Below are positions 13,074 through 26,906 of a DNA stretch of 64,000 nt, in pieces. Under the pieces are notes generated by a model that searched no databases, was not told the origin of the DNA, and saw only the letters and a list, made by a program, of their open reading frames with translations. Numbering within the stretch: position 1 is the first letter of the stretch; each line of letters begins with the position of its first letter. The stretch is from Camelus dromedarius (lineage: Eukaryota): positions 32,180,001 through 32,244,000 of the forward strand of contig NC_087436.1 in assembly GCF_036321535.1 (NCBI RefSeq). Reading direction: 5' to 3'. The position numbers and the translations under genes are program-made.

Positions 13074-15828
13074 TATTGTCTTTGTCATCTACTTGAAATG
13101 GACCTTAACCTTAGATAACTTTGGTCTGATTCCCTGTATTTGGTTTTGTATCATTCCCGAAATTTCCATAGCATTTCTGAGTTAAAAATCAGGAGATTTC
13201 ACATAAAATTAATATGTGATTTTTTTAAATAATGAAATTTTATTTTCAGTTTTTTTTCTTTTGATAACATCTCCAAGTTGGCATGTTTCCCAAATAAAGT
13301 CTATACTGTGTGTACCAGCCAGTGTCTCCATTAGGAAGCGAACCCATTCAGGTTATAGATCAAGTTTTTAAAAACTTGACTGGTGCTAAGGCTGTTTATG
13401 TTTTCCTGATAGTCATTCTGCCTGCCTTTTTTTAAATATGCAGAATCTGACACTTTACCTGCCTCTATCCACAACCCAGAAAGCTAAAGTTAATATATTG
13501 AACTAGTACTGGAGAAAACTGTTCTCTAGAAAACTTGACATAAATCAGACTCTCCTCACCCAAGTCCATTTACCTCTATTGGTAACTAAGAAGTACAGCA
13601 CATTGCTAGAAATAGATGCCACTTTCACGTTAACACAGTGTATAGCCTTACAGTGCTTTTATGGATTCGAGTAAGCTGGTACTACTATAATACAGAATAT
13701 ATAAAATGTATAAATTGCTTTGGGCATAGTGGAAATAAACATTAAATGTGATGGTTCTTTTCCTCTAATGAATTAAAACTAGCAAATGCTCAAAGATTGC
13801 TTTTGAGTATGTATGTTCCATTAAGGTCAGCTATCAATTTGGTAGATGGTACTAATCACAGATTATGATGTATTTGTTGTGGAAAGAAAGTTCAAGTAAG
13901 GCCCACCCAACTTCTCTTTACTGTTAGTAGGCGAGACTCATCACTCCCAGGCGATGTCAGAAAAGCCTGTACTTTCTCACACATGTGAGTCAGACTTTGC
14001 ATTTGTTCTACCATCACTAATAACAACATTTGGTCTGCCGGTGATCACTCCACTCAAGAGAGCACTTGAGGTGCTGTGAACACTGGTTTATTCTCAAGAG
14101 ATTTTTCTGTCTTACTATATCTGCATACTTACTATATCCCAGCTAAACCAAATTGTGAAGTTTGGTGTAACAAGACTGGTAAACATTTGCATATTTCTTT
14201 GCTACATAGCATTTTTAGTGATGACTCATGTTCTCGCTCAGAGAGCCACTGCTGTATACTCTCCTGACTTGTCTTCCTGCCTCCATCGGTTCATGGTCCC
14301 TGTTGGCAATCTGAAACAAATTTGACTTCTTTGTTTCCCTACTTAAAGACCTTCAGAATTTCCCTGCTCCCTATTTCAAGACAAGGTTTAGGCCCTCTTC
14401 ATCAGTTCCCACGGCACTACCTGCTGCATAAAACCACTTGTAACTCCCAGAACCACCCTAGGTATTTGCCCACTCCATTCTTCATTCTGTATTATACTCT
14501 TCCCCACACCTTCCCAAGTTAATACCTTCCTAGCTAATTTGCTCAGTCTTGGAGACTCAGGTTCAGACTCAATGCCTCCAGACTGAATTAGGCAACCCCA
14601 ATTCCATGCCACCATATTAACACAGGTGATTCTGTATTGCTGAATTTACTATGTTGTGTTATAATCATCTGTCTCCCTTGATAAGCCAGGGACCAGAGCA
14701 TACCCATATTTTAGGCCCAGTTTCCCAAATTTAGTTCAGGGCTAAACAGTATTTGCTCAAAACTTTTTGTTACGTAAGTTCATAAAATGAGAGGGAAGAC
14801 TAATGGCAATACATTTTAAACAGGGCTCCAAAGTAATATTAAGAACTGAGTAGAGAGCCTAGGAATTTATCAGGGCAGCACCTTTTCTTGGTTTCATTTG
14901 TGGGCTTGCAAGTAAGAGTTTCAAGAGGTTTTTGTGCTGTAAAGAAAAATGTGGGGAAACCACTGAACTAGATGATTTCTAGCACCCTTTCAGTTGATGG
15001 ATACAATTCAAGGATAGAACCATGCAGTCTGATTTATATCTAGCAATGCTATATGACAGCAAAATACAGATTTGTCTTCACAACTGGATGAAAGCATAAA
15101 CAGCAGAGTGCAACCTTGACCTGAGTGCCTAACTAATCAAAGCTGTTCTGCAGCAACAACTGCTTACAGGCTTCATCAAAGAGGGAACCAAAAGAAAATG
15201 GAGGAAATTTTTTTCCTTACAACTGAAAACACTCATCAATGCCTTTGAAATCCTACCCAGGGAATCCTTTGCTCCCTTCCACTATGGCCCCCTGGCCTAC
15301 CACTCCCATCAGAGGCACAAATTTCATTTCCTAGCCTACTCCAGCGGTAATTTAGAAAAAAGGAAGTTTAAATTCGATCTTACCAATGACAAACTGCAAT
15401 GTAATAAAAGCATAACGAACAGCCCCTCTTGTGGCACTTGCCTGGAAAGAAATGCCTTATTTGTAGGCGGGAAGACCTTTGTCCTTACAACTGTGCTAAA
15501 GAAGACAAAGCAAGATAAGATAGGAATAAATAACCTTTTTCATGTAAGAAATGCAGGAGCAAGCATTTTAATTCCTTCTGTTTCAGCTATGTCTGTGGTG
15601 GAACAAGTTGAGGCCTTGAACGGGGTCTGAGGCTTTCTGTTGACCTTGAGCAAGTTTCTGAATTTCTATGATCCTAATTTTCCTCAGTTGCAGAGAGAGA
15701 CTAATAATACCTACCTCAGAGGCAGGAAATAAGATAAAGGCCGCCAACTCCATGACAGACTACACATTATTCCTTCCTTCCTCTACTTTGCAGTGGTAGA
15801 GAAATATTTTAAGTATCTTTCTAGGTGG

Positions 15829-16442
15829 TGAGACAGGATGGAAGGGAGCAGGGCACAGCCATTCAAGGAATGCCACAGCAATTAACATCAAAATGGTGAA
15901 AGATTCAACCCCCAGTAGGCCTTGAGGCTCAGGATGATGAGATTTAACTTCTAGTAGATCCTGAGCTTCATCATAGGCCCACTGTACTATATTAACATGA
16001 TGAATAACACGCCCACAGGCGCCACAGCAGCCCCAAGGCTAGCCACAAAAGGTCAAAGAGTGGGAAATGGCCAATTTCCTGGGAATCCCAGCCCCTTCCC
16101 CAGGCTACTTAGACTGGTGCTTCCACTTAATAGCATATGAAGCCACCAAGCCCATAAAAACCAGCAACACGGTGCCTCCTAGCTGCCCCTGTCTCTCCCT
16201 CTTCGGAGATGGCCCACACTCTGTGTATGGAGTGTGTACCTACTTTTAATCTGAGCACCCAACCCCGACACCTCGTGGCCTTTCTCTTGCCTTTCAATGT
16301 ATCTCTCTGAATAAATTCACTCAACTGTGGCTGGCTCTTGAATTCTTTCCTGCATGAAGCCAAGGACCCACACTTGGCGGGGCACATCCCAGGGGCTCAA
16401 CTAAGACCTAGGACACAGCCCCACATCTGTTTTCCTGCATCA
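15829..16442 (+). mobile_element. Solo ERV1-class LTR
   Basis: TG...CA termini, perfect 4-bp TSD GTGG (15825-15828 and 16443-16446), TATA-like CATAAAA near 16153 and AATAAA at 16310. Confidence 0.88.
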
Positions 16443-17177
16443 GTGGTATGTAGTTTTTTTTTTTATTTAAAGTTAACAATCTGAATAACCTTTTGTTAAT
16501 TAAACTGATAGTTCTAAATCTGAAAAATGATTACTAGCTTTACTTCAGTTTATCAGTAACAAAGTATTGATGTGTTTGATAACAGAGCATCAATGTAATA
16601 CTAAAGTTCAGGATCCACATTTATTAATATCCTCACATGCCCAACTCATAATTTATTTAGAATCTAGATTTGGGTGGAGGTTACCCTGAAATCACTTGCA
16701 CAACTTGGTTAATCATTTGTGTAAGTTGTAGATGAGATGTCAGAGACAAAACTGATTATATTAAATTTAAAACACTTCATTACTGACCACGTTTATTATA
16801 GAACAGTATGCACATTGTGTATAAGTTAACTGTCTTTAGGAGCAAAATTGAAAATGCAAGATTACGGCAATGCAATGAGTTCACCAGTGTGTTTGCTGTT
16901 TAGCGTCACAGATTTGTGTGCATTGTTTTAGTAAACCTTATTTCAACTGCCATGAAGTAATTCAGAATCATCTCACAATCCAATTTGTGTTAAGCAAAAC
17001 TGGTGATTAGAATGGCTAAATATATTGCAAATGCACTGCTCAAAGATTTTCCTCAAATGACTGAATCTCTTGAAGTAAATTAGAATTTCAGTCATCATAA
17101 ATGAAAAAAATCAGACTGACATATTTCTAACATGTATTCTTGAGCAGTCAGAATTTAGTTTAAATTAGACTTAACTC

Positions 17178-17721
17178 ATGATACTTAACTATGTGTCAAC
17201 ATGGCTCGTCTATGGTGCCCAATTGTTTGGCTAAACATTAGTCTAGATGTTGCTGTGAAGGTATTTGTGTATGTGAGTAACATTTACAACCAGTTGACTT
17301 CAAGTAAAACAGATAACCCTTCATAATGGAGGTGGGAGTCGGGGATGGAGGTCATCCTATCAGTTGAAGATCTTAAGAGTTAAAACTGTTTCCCAAAAAA
17401 GGAAGCAATTCTGCCTCAAGACTACAACATAGAAATGTTTGCCTCAGTTTTCAACCTACTGATTTGTCTCATAGATTTTTGGATTTAAGATTGCACATCA
17501 ACTCTTACCTGAATTTTCAGCTGGTCAGCCCTATACATTTCAGGTTAACCAGCCTCACAATTATGTAAGCAAATTCCTTAAAATTAATCATTCTCTCATT
17601 ATAGATAGAGAGATGGAGATATCTATATATAGATTTAGCTCTATGTTCAAAGATTTAGATATATCTCCATCTATCTATCTGTATCTCCTATTGGTCTATT
17701 TTTCTGGAGAACTCTAATACA
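17178..17721 (+). mobile_element. MLT2-like ERVL LTR
   Basis: tgtgtcaacatggct...gtctagatgttgctgtgaaggtatt ... ctcctattggtct..ttctggagaactctaataca. Confidence 0.8.
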
Positions 17722-18513
17722 CAACTATTTCCTAATTATTAGTACATATGAGACTTAAAAGTTCATTTTTGTAATTAAATAACAAATCCCTTCTTGATTT
17801 AGTTCAATACTTTATACTTGATCTTATATGGCTACCTAGGCTTCAGTTTCTTAACTCTGAAAGACATTTTAGCCATGAAATATAATACTTTAACCAATAT
17901 GCCTCCCATTGTTTCCAGATAAAATCTGAAATAGCTTTTTATTTAATCTTTGAAATAAGATGTCATCAGAGGTCATGAGACTGACAAAGAGGAAAGATGA
18001 ACAAAATTAATCCTCTCGAAGACCAAAGTCAATGTGAAATTTAAGATAAGAGCATAATCTAGTAATTTTATTCAAAATCACTTCCCTTAACCCAAAGATT
18101 GATTTTTAAAAACATTTTTAACAAAAGTAACATGAAATCATTGTCTTTAGGGGAAAACAAAACCCTCAAACATTGCAGCTAATAGAGTGTTTGACCCTGC
18201 CCTAACTCCAACTCCTGATTCCTCTCCAAAGACAACCATGATTTTCAGTTTAGCGTGTACCCTTCTGATCTTTTTTGTAAGCGTTTACATTAATATAGCT
18301 GTACTTGTGGAAATATTGCAAAGCTTAAGTTCCAGAAACTGTAGACAAGCTGCCTGGGTTTAAATCCTAGCTGTGCAACTTTAGGCAAGACATTCAACTT
18401 CTCTATGCCCAGTTTTCAAGTCTGTAATATGGGGATAATTATAGTACCCAATTCATGGGGATGTTTTGAGGTTCAAATGCATTCATCTATGGAAAGCACT
18501 TAGAACAGTGTCT

Positions 18514-19874
18514 GACTGGACAGCAGCATGTAAATCAGTGAAGCTAGAACACTCCATTATACCATACACAAAAATAAACTCAAAATGGATCAAAGACTTA
18601 AACATAAGACAAGATACAATAAACCTCCTAGAAGAAAATATAGGTAAAACATTATCTGACATACTTCTCAAAAATGATCTCCTAGGGCAGTCTACCCAAG
18701 CAATAGAAATAAAAGCAAGAATAAACAAATGGGACCTAATTAAACTTACAAGATTCTACACAGCAAAGGAAACCATAAGTAAAACAAAACGACAACCTAC
18801 GGAATGGGAGAAAATTTTTGCAAACGAAACTGACAAAGCCTTGATCTCCAGAATATATAAGCAGCTCACATGACTTAATTAGAAAAAAACAAAGAAGACA
18901 ATCCAAAAATGGGCCAAATACCTAAACAAGCAATTCTCCAAGGAAGAAATACAAATGATCAATAGACACATGAAAAAATGCTCAATATCACTAATTATCA
19001 GAGAAATGCAAATCAAAACTACAATGAGGTATCACCTTACATCAGTCAGAATGGCCATCATTCAAAAGTCCACAAATGACAAATGCTGGAGAGTCTGTGG
19101 AGAAAAAGGAACCCTCCTACACTGCTGGTGGGGATGCAGTTTGGTGCAGCCACTGTGGAAAACAGTATGGAGATTCCTCAAAAGACTAGGAATAGACTTA
19201 CTGTATGACCCAGGAATCCCGCTCCTGGGCATAGATCCAGAAGGAACCCTACTTCAAAATGACACCTGCACCCCAATGTTCACAGCAGCACTATTTACAA
19301 TAGCCAAGACATGGAAACAGCCTAAATGGCCATCAACAGATGACTGGATAAAGAAGAGGTGGTATATTTATACAATGGAATACTATTCAGCCACAAAAAT
19401 GGACAATGTAACGCCATTTGCAGCAACATGGATGTTACTGGAGACTGTCATTCTAAGTGAAATAAGCCAGAAAGAGAAAGAAAAATACCATATGAGATTG
19501 CTTATATGCGGAATAAAAAAAAAAAATACAAAACAGAAACAGACTCATAGACAGAATACAAACTTTTAGTTGCCAGAGGGACAGTGGGTGGGAAGGGACT
19601 GGGATTTCAAAATGTAGAATAGATAAACAAGATTGTACTATGTAGCATAGGGAAATATATATAGCACCTTGTGGTGGCTCACAGCAAAAGAGAATGCGAC
19701 AATGAATGTACGTATGTTTATATATAACTCAAAAATTGTACTCTACACTGGAATTTGACACAACATTGTAAAATGATTATAACTCAATAAAAAAAAGTTT
19801 TTTAAAAAAGAAAAAAGAAATTATAGAAAATTACAATTAAATAAATTATATTCAAACAAAAGTAAAAAAAAAAA
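18514..19874 (+). mobile_element. Relatively young 5'-truncated L1 (ORF2 C-terminus plus 3'UTR) inserted in a MIR
   Basis: ORFs 18466-18873 and 18955-19569 carry ORF2 C-terminal motifs ([35 protein letters not shown]), broken by a stop. Poly(A) tail; AACAGTG on both sides (18504 and 19873); MIR halves at about 18330-18510 and 19875-19915. Confidence 0.92.
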
Positions 19875-22829
19875 CAGTGGCACACAGGAAGCAGTATAAA
19901 GTGTTAGCTATTATCATTTTCATCTCCCCTCTTTTTTAAAAAATCATAAATGGCATCCTACTGTATATATGTTATTTTGCAAATTTGCTTAACCCATTCA
20001 TGTATTTTGGAAATATTTCCACAATATTCCAGATAAAATCTACCTTTTTTTTTTTAACTACTTCAAGTCTCATTATCCATATAATGATTTCAAACAATTC
20101 CTCAGTACCTAGAAGAAATATCTTCATTTGCCCAAATAGTTTTTCTCTGTTTTCTATATGATTCAGTGAACTAATGTATTGGGGGTTGAGGGGAGGGAGA
20201 GTGCTTGATAAACTGAAATCCATTATGGAAAAATTTGTGCAGTGTCTGGATACCAAATGGGTATCAAATGGGGAAGGAGATAAGACCCTGCCTTATCTGG
20301 GTCATACCCATTACTACCCTTGGTAGCCTCCAATTTTTGAGGCTTGTCTTGCATTTACTAAAGACAGTGACTCACCAAAGATGCAAGCAGTCATTTGGCA
20401 AAGTTATCATATTCTAGCTGTCCTATTTCTGCCTTCTTCCAGTAACTTGAGTTGCTGCCTCACTGCCTTGAATGAAGCTGCATGTGTGTTTAAAGAAAGG
20501 CAAGGCTGGGGGACAAATGATTGGCATGGTTGAAGGTGATGTTTACATTGTTCTTTTACTCCCTTTCGAGGGCATGTCCTCCTTTAGACCCAAAAAGGAT
20601 TAGGAAGTGCTGCCACCTCATCTCATGCTGTCAGTGTCCATCCCCAGAGTGCTGGGTGAAAGGGCAACAGAGAAGGGCAAAGGGAAACGAGGCAGGCTGC
20701 TTCTCTGATCTTCCTAACATTACCCTCAGGCTGCTCTTTAAGTAGACTCCTGGGACAAAGCAGGCATTTGGCAAATGTTTGCTGATTAAATTAATGAATC
20801 ATGACACCTTTTCTTGCCACAGCAGGACAAAGTATATTTCACATTAAAATTTAAAAAGTTGGGGAAAAGGGCTCTGTATTATCAGCATCTATTTGTATGT
20901 ATCTCTTCCCTCCCTCTCTTAAATCCTCACCCTATTGCATGAATTCTTAGGAGCAGAAGTTGAATATAATCTATTATTTTATCCCTAGCTGTAGGACAGT
21001 GTCTGCTCATAAATGTTAATGAACAAATGAATGAATGAATGAATGAATGATTTTGCTAAATTAGGTTTGTCCTAAAGCATCACTTACTCCTTAGGTTAAC
21101 TCCAGATACACAAAAGCCCATGAGTGTGCTCCAAAAGGTGTAAGACCTGAAGTGAGGATCACTCCATCTTCCTCTAGGGCACACCCACCTTTATCAGACT
21201 GGGTCAGAACTAGTCAGCTTGTGAATCCTTTAGGAACTGGGGACCACGGCAAATGTTCCTGGGGCATTTTGTATTTTTGCCATCCACCAAGCTGGGAAGT
21301 ACTCCTCACTCTTAACCAGATGGTCTTTGAGCTGATATTTCTTCCCAGTCACATGTCTGAACTGACGTAATTGTGTTCCAGAAGTTATTAGAGAAAAGTT
21401 GCTAGCAATACTATCTGAAAAGAGCCAACGCCTTATTTCTGTTTATGTGGCAAAGGTTTTCACAACAATCAGCCTTCTCAAGAAGTATATACACAGCTTC
21501 CCTAACCAGGCCCCATGGGAGACAGCATGAAGCCATGGTCAGGTGGAAAACACTGTTTGCAACTCTGAAAGAATAACATCAGTCAGCACACTTGCCAGGA
21601 TGCTCAGAGAATGACAAACAAATACTGTGCCTTATAAATAAGAAAGAACAGAAATCTGAGTCCTGTTGAGAGTTTTCAAGTGGATCCCAAGGCTAAATAA
21701 ATGGTCTCTCTTCAACCAAATGTAGCTAGTAAAGGAACAGGATAGAACATTCAAGCGGGCCCAGCAAAGACACTGAACTTTTCATTTTTACAAATGATGC
21801 TGTGAATGTGAGAGCTAAGTGCTGGGATGAAAGTTAAAATGGCATCCTAGCAAATGAGGGCTTCCTTTGCTTACCACACCTTGCAGTGCTCATATTTGTC
21901 TAACTCAGTTGGCAGAAAGGATGTCAGCAGCAGATTAGGGAATCCAGGTCCATTTCATACACTAGTTCTGAATCCCCAGAGAATCCTGGGGAAGATAGGG
22001 CTGATCTGATTTGTTGGGGCAGAGGAGGGGCAACTCCAAGAGAGGAAAGGGGCCAAAATAGCATTTTTCAAATGAAGAATTCCTCCCCGCCTTCATTCCT
22101 AGGACCCGAGACTTTTACTTTCCTGGTGAGATCACAGGTACTGAGTGTGTCAACTCCAAACTCTTTGGCATTGATTCTTTAGAGGATGTTATAAACGGCA
22201 ACTCCACCCTGTCCCATCTCATTCTGGATGTGGTATTTAAAATAAAGGCAGTCAACATTTTCCTCTAAATTGGCTTCGTTTACGTACATTAACCCTGCAG
22301 TCCCTTATAGCTACATTCGGCCAGGCCTTATCTTTTTTTTTTTTTTTTTTTTTTTATAATTGAAGTAGAGTTGATTTTCAATGTTGTGTTAGTATCTTGC
22401 TGAAACAAGTTCAGGTATTGTGAACTTCACGTAAAGAAGAGATAATTTCACAAAAGATTTATACATTTAGACCTTAGATAAATTATGGCCCTAGGCTATT
22501 AAAAAGCTATACTCTTTATATATCTCCTCATATAAAGCAGGGCCTAAGTTTGGGGGGCTCTAAAAGTGGATTTCTTACCTGAGCATCCACCAGGAGTTGA
22601 AGCAGCCAAGAAATAACTCGTTGGAAAGAGTCAGACAGACACCCTTTCTGCAAGTTCTCAGTCCTGTTGAAACATACCTCACAAGGACATGAAAACTTTC
22701 TTCAACACAGCCCCATTGCAACCATTCGAGCAGGTGCTATTCAAGCCAGGTACTCGAGAATACAATACACAGAAGTTCTTTTTTTCCTATAACCCAATTC
22801 AATCTATATTTTGAACTTGCATTTCCCTT

Positions 22830-23292
22830 TGTGTTGGATGTAAAGTGGCTCCAATTTCTTTGTAGCTCCTCACACTGAGGTGAAACCTATTTCTCCACTC
22901 CCTGAATCTGGACTAGCCCTGTGAATTGCTTTGACCAAAAGAACGTAGTGGAAGTGCCAGGTGATTTCTGAGCCCAGCCTCAAGAGGCCCCGTAGCTTCT
23001 GCTCTTATCCTCTTGGAAAGCTTACACCATTCTGTGAAGATGGAGAGAGAGAGGCCAAACCACACCAGCTGAGGCACCAGAACTGTGAGTGAGGACCTTG
23101 GATGGTCCAGCCCCAGGCAATCCCCAGAGAGCTGCAGCTGCATGAGTGACCTCAGGCAAGAATGGCAGAAGAGCCTCTCCAGCTAAACCCAGCCCATTGT
23201 CAGCCCATAGAAACTATGAGCAGATGCACAATAGCTTTTTGAGCCATTAACTTTTGGGATGATTTGCTGTGCAGCAATAGATAACTGATACA
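22830..23292 (+). mobile_element. MLT1-type MaLR LTR
   Basis: Characteristic 3' end tttgctgtgcagcaatagataactgataca and internal tgctttgaccaa..agtggaagtg. Confidence 0.8.
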
Positions 23293-25779
23293 ACCCTGGT
23301 AATTGAAACCATAATTGCAGTCAATACCAAAAAAATAAGTTTGATTTAAATTTAATCAATTCAAAATTTCCTTATCAAAGTTCCATACAACTCCTATATC
23401 TAAGACCTAAACAATGCATTTAATAAGCTCAAGCTATTATATAAAAACCTACATTCAACAGAGAATATACTTTCAAGAACACATGAAAGATTTACAAAAA
23501 TATTTCATGCATTAGGAAAAACGGAAGTCTAAATAATTCTGAAGGATTGCTATGCAGACTAAATTATCCTACCATAATATAATAAACTTAGAAATTAACC
23601 AAAAGATACCTTTTAAAAATCTCCTTTGTTTAGAAACTGAAAAATATTACTAAATATGAGTCACTTTTATAGCCCTGGAATGGAAACACTATGTATATGC
23701 TAAAATCTATGAAATTCATCTTTGTGATACTTAAAAGGGAATTTATAACTTTACATGAAATTTTAGGAAATAAATATTAAAATAAATTATCTAAGTCTTT
23801 AAGCTATTTTGGTTGGGCTTCCTGGAAGTTGCAATCAAAATTATGCTTGTGAAACCAGGCCCTCAGTTTTTATAAAGGTTGCCATCCCTCCTATTTTTCA
23901 GTCTAATGTTCTCCCAATGGAGCTATTTCGGTGCCCTTCCGTCCCTCCCATTCTTGATTGATTCTGAAAGTCTATGCTATGGATCTTCTCTTAGACAACT
24001 ATGGAGAATATCTGAATGTCAGCCCATGCAAAATTTTATGCATTGAATTCTCTCAACTTAAAAAAAATTCAGCTCTATTGAGGTGGAGTTGACATATAAA
24101 ATTGTAAGATATTATTTAAAATCATAATGGTGAAAAGATTCCTCCCATCTAATTAATTAACACAACTACCAGGCTCCAGATCAACCTTTATCAAAAGTCC
24201 AACTGAAAGAAAAGTGCAAAGAGGATATCCTGAAGAATGTACAGTTACTTCATCTCCTTAGATATCTCAGCTTTTACTCCCTGGATTATCACAGGAATGC
24301 ATATGGAATCTACTGTCTTCCTTTGGATCACCTTTTTGAATTACATATACTGTTACATCTTTGGTGTACACAGAGGAATGGTGGAGGAAACTACTGACAG
24401 AACCTAGTATTGTGTTTATTGAGGAATGTTGTCAAAAATGTCCATGTGGCACTTGATGCCCACATATGAAAACCTACACTCGAAAACCCACACACACGTC
24501 TTATAGACCTAAGTAACAAGAACAGTTTCCTTTCCCCTTTGAAACTGAACTGTTATCATTTTAATGGACCATGAAGTTTTGTTTGTTTGTTTTTGTTTTT
24601 CTTATTTAAGTATAGTCAGTTTACAATGTTGTGTGGACCGTGAAGTTTTAACTTATCATGTTTCTCTTTTTACCTCAGATATTAAGCAGCTCAGAAAGTT
24701 ATTTGCAGCCCAGTTTTAGTAACCATAAACTACTTTGTGACTTATAAATCTGCTTGCTATCCTAGCTTTAAATCTTTTGTTTAAACCAATATTTTTATTT
24801 TGATAAACCATTTATCATAAGGTTAAATTTCTTGTAAATAATCTCAATTCCTTTATAGAACGAAGTAGGAAAATATACATTTTAAAAATACCAAAAAAGA
24901 ATTGATATTTTGAGGAGTCCTTGAACTAGGATGACATCTTCCTATGATGCACCCATACATCTTCCTAGCTGGTGAGTTACATCTGACAGATAATTTTCAC
25001 TCCATTTAGTGCTTTTCAGTTTTCAGAAAAAGAATGTTATCCACGAAAGTGGCTTACCTGACCAGTCTCAGGTTTCCCAGAGGCTATCAATTGAGTAAAT
25101 GATAGGCATCCTAACATCAGGTGTTTCTTGCAACCTCTGTTAACCATTCCTTCAGGGGTGACCTGAGGGGCATCTGGGCAGGAAGACAACTGCTCCCCAA
25201 GGGGCCAGTGCCCCTCCCCTGCCTTCACTCGACAGCCTTTATACATAATAATCCTTCTCAGGGCACCAGAATGTTATTAATCTTCTTAGGAATCAGATCA
25301 TTTTGATGGCTGCTCCTCTCAAGGGAAATGGGATTCACCAAATCTCTTCAAATAAGCCAAACTGCAATTAGTCCCTCTAGACATACACTTAATGGTGTTA
25401 GAGTGTGATTGTAAAGAGTCTTTAAAAAAAAAAAAAGGTATTGACTTTCAGAGCTTTGCTTGTTTCTAAGCAAGTGTGAAAGAAAAGTCACTTCCATTGT
25501 TTAATAACAATAAAAACATTCTAGTGTCACCTCCTGACTTCCTGAGCCAAAATATAGAAGTTAGTTCCTTTCCTCTCTCCCCCTTTTCATTAGTCACTAA
25601 ATCACAAAATGTATGCTTCTTGGATAAGTCCTTAATATTTTTTGACTTAATAGATTTAAGTGGGAGAAGGAGGACATACTAGGTAGGAAGAAACAATAAA
25701 GGCATATTTGGAGTCTTGAGATGATCCACTGGGAAAAGTGCTAGTGGTGTGGAGAACATTAAAAAGGAATGTTTAGCAA

Positions 25780-26660
25780 ATTAGAACAATTAGATACCTC
25801 TATACACCTATTAGAATGACCACAAGCAGAACACTGACAACACCAAATGCTTGGGAGCGTGTGGAGCAATAAGAACTCTCTTTCATTGGTAGTGGGGATG
25901 CAAAATGGTACAGCCACTTTGGGAGACAGTTTGGAAGTTAAAAAACCAAACCAACTCTTACTATACAATCTAGCAATCACCCTCCTTGGTACTTACCCAA
26001 AGAAGCTGAAAATTTATGTCCACACAAAATGCTACACTTAGATATTTGTAGCAGCTTTATTTCTAATTGTCAAAACTTAGAAGCAACCAAGCTGTCCTTC
26101 AGTAGGTGAGCGAATAAACAAATTGTGGTACATCCAATGGAATATTATTCAGCGCTGAAAATAAATGAGCTATCAAGCCATGAAAAGACATGAAGGAATC
26201 TTAAATACATATTACTAAGTGAAAGAATACAATCTGAAAAGGCTACATACTGCATAATTCTAACTATATGACATTCTGGAAAAGACAGAACTATGGAGAC
26301 AGTAAAAAGATCAGTGGTTGCCACAGTTGGGGGAGGGATAAATAGGTGGATTTGAGGATTTTTAGACAGTGAAATACTCTATATGATATTATAATGATGG
26401 ATACATGTCATTATACATTTGTTCAAACCCATAGAATGTACAACACCAAGAGTTAACTCCAAGTTAAACTACGGACTTTGGATGACTATATGTCAATATA
26501 CATTCATCCTTGGTTAAAAAAAAAAAAGTACCATTCTAGTGAGTGATGTTGATAATGGGGGAGGCTGTGCATGTGTATGGGCAGGGGGCATATGGAAAAT
26601 CTCTATACCTTCCCCTTCTCAATTTTGTTGTAAAGCTAAAACTGCTCTAGAAAAAAAATG
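25780..26660 (+). mobile_element. Old L1 3' fragment (L1MC-like)
   Basis: Degenerate ORF2 end plus 3'UTR ending ctcaattttgttgtaaagctaaaactgctctagaaaaaaaa. Same family as the copies at 50.6 kb and 60.3 kb. Confidence 0.85.
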
Positions 26661-26865
26661 TATGTATGTACATATACATACATGTTTTTTTTTCTAATGG
26701 CATGTTTAGAAACCCTCTGAGAAAACTTCTGGAAGGGTAACCAGGAAATGAATGGGGGAACTGGGAGAAACAGGTGGGAAGAAAGACTTTTCTCCAAATA
26801 CTAATGTGAATTTTAAGCTAAGTGAATGTAATGTCTATTCTAATATATATATATATATATGTATG

Positions 26866-26906
<41 letters not shown>

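Noticed and set aside
18466..19569. 135-aa and 204-aa ORFs as a host gene
   Set aside because: They are L1 ORF2 C-terminal fragments, 5'-truncated and interrupted by a stop.
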